Assembly: GCF_037042905.1 (NCBI RefSeq)
Contig: NC_087263.1
Span: 9,488,001 to 9,552,000, forward strand
DNA: 64,000 bases
Direction of reading: 5' to 3'
Origin: Lytechinus pictus
Lineage: Eukaryota
Shown: piece after piece, positions 62,632-64,000 of the stretch
How the letters are laid out: every line of letters starts with the position of its first letter
Numbering within the stretch: the stretch's first letter is position 1
Notes under the pieces: model-generated
Told to the model about the DNA's origin: nothing
What the model saw: the letters and a program-made list of their open reading frames with translations, nothing else
Databases searched by the model: none
Position numbers and translations under genes: made by a program

Positions 62632-63117
62632 CCCTACTGGAAAGAACACAGTATCACACCATGGACCAACTGCACAGGTCCATGGTAACACAGTGTGATC
62701 TCAGTGTGTTCACATAGTGAACTGTTAAAATGCTCAAAGTGTAAGATATTTTCACACTGTGGACACCTCGAAAGTGTGACTGCTCACAGAGTGTTCACAT
62801 GGTCGACTATGTGAAAATATTAATTATTCAGCAGTGTGAAGATATTTTCACACTGTGGACACCTCGACAGGGTGACTGTTCACAGCGTGTTCACATGGTC
62901 GACTATGTGAAAATATTAATTATTCAGCAGTGTGAAGATATTTTCACACTGTGGACACCTCAACAGGGTGACTGTTCACAGCGTGTTCACTTGGTCGACT
63001 ATGTGAATATGTGATTCACACTGTTGAAATATTCAAATTTAACAGTGTGAAGGTGATTTCACATTGTGTTCTACACTGTGGCACACACTGTGGGACACTG
63101 TGTTCTTTGTAGTAGGG
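62632..63117. mobile_element. TIR element with internal 99-bp tandem repeat
   Basis: ccctactggaaagaacacagt / actgtgttctttgtagtaggg ends; about 3 copies of gtgttcacatggtcgactatgtgaaaat...; TSD not clear. Confidence 0.65.
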
Positions 63118-64000
63118 CTGTTTGATGTCATATTCGTATTAATGATGCAGTCACACCAACGAAACCGACTCCAAACCGACCAATGGTATGTCATTGGTAA
63201 TAATGTAATAGATTTGATCGGTCATGTACATGGAGGTTTTGTTGGTGTGGCTGTCGCAGAAAAGAGACTGAAATCTTCATGATTGGTTGTGAAATTCTGA
63301 ATGATATTCAAGCTGTTCGTTGGTTTACATGTAGATCTCTGCTAAAATATGGAGATCTTCTAATTTATCGCTTGAAAATAAGTTTTGGTGTATCCTTAAT
63401 TCTTATTCTCCAGGTATTATACATGTAGCTCTATCAGAGTTTTTTATTTTATAGATATTACGTTTTCACTTGCATTTAGTGCTTATCCTTGATAGCTAGC
63501 ATATTGTTTTTAGCTGTCTTTCGATAAATAAAAAGTTCTAGTCAATAACAGTTCAAGAAGGGCAGGCGCTCACATATGCAGAAACTTGGTGCATAAAATC
63601 AAACTTGTCGAGCATGAATAAAGTAGAATTTCATTTGATCTTTTCTGTGCAATATGTGAACTTCACTCTCATTTGACTAGGACCTAGGGTCAAACCATTT
63701 TGTTTTTTCAACAACCCCTCCTCCTTGCTCCTGCCCCCAAAAGTCAACCCAAATATCCCTTGGTGATTAAAATACTTGTTACCATGACAACATCACACAC
63801 TCATGACATGGATCCATGTTTTTCTGGCTGGATTTAATACGGCCATAAAGGGAAGTTCTTTTGGAGGTGGTTGTTTTCTTCCAAGTTCATTGGCTTGGTT
63901 TCTTGTCATTGAGTTGGCGTACAGGGGTACATGTAAATCCGACAATTTAACTTTCACTTGGGAATGCTCAGGTTACAGGGAGGTCTGGCGATAGTTTTTA

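Overview
Eukaryotic (animal) genomic DNA, AT-rich and repeat-dense. The repeat content suggests a marine invertebrate such as a sea urchin, but this is inference. One protein-coding gene can be reconstructed: a + strand, 26-coding-exon EFCAB6-like multi-EF-hand gene (ATG 7445 to TAA 29800, 4641 nt spliced, about 1546 aa, all introns GT-AG with consistent phases). The rest is non-coding: MITEs and non-autonomous DNA transposons (several with readable target-site duplications), tRNA-derived SINEs, two L2/CR1-type LINE 3' fragments and GAT/CCATTA microsatellites. The most unusual structures are (i) a 3.4-kb almost fully palindromic, modular foldback-type element (48319-51761) with a perfect 10-bp TSD and its terminal motif repeated in internal hairpins, (ii) decayed tandem copies of the splice acceptor plus exon start just upstream of three real exons, (iii) a 35-bp TIR element with an 8-bp TSD, and (iv) an inverted SINE pair flanking two exons. 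No rRNA, bona fide tRNA, CRISPR array or intact transposase was found. All coordinates were read by eye.
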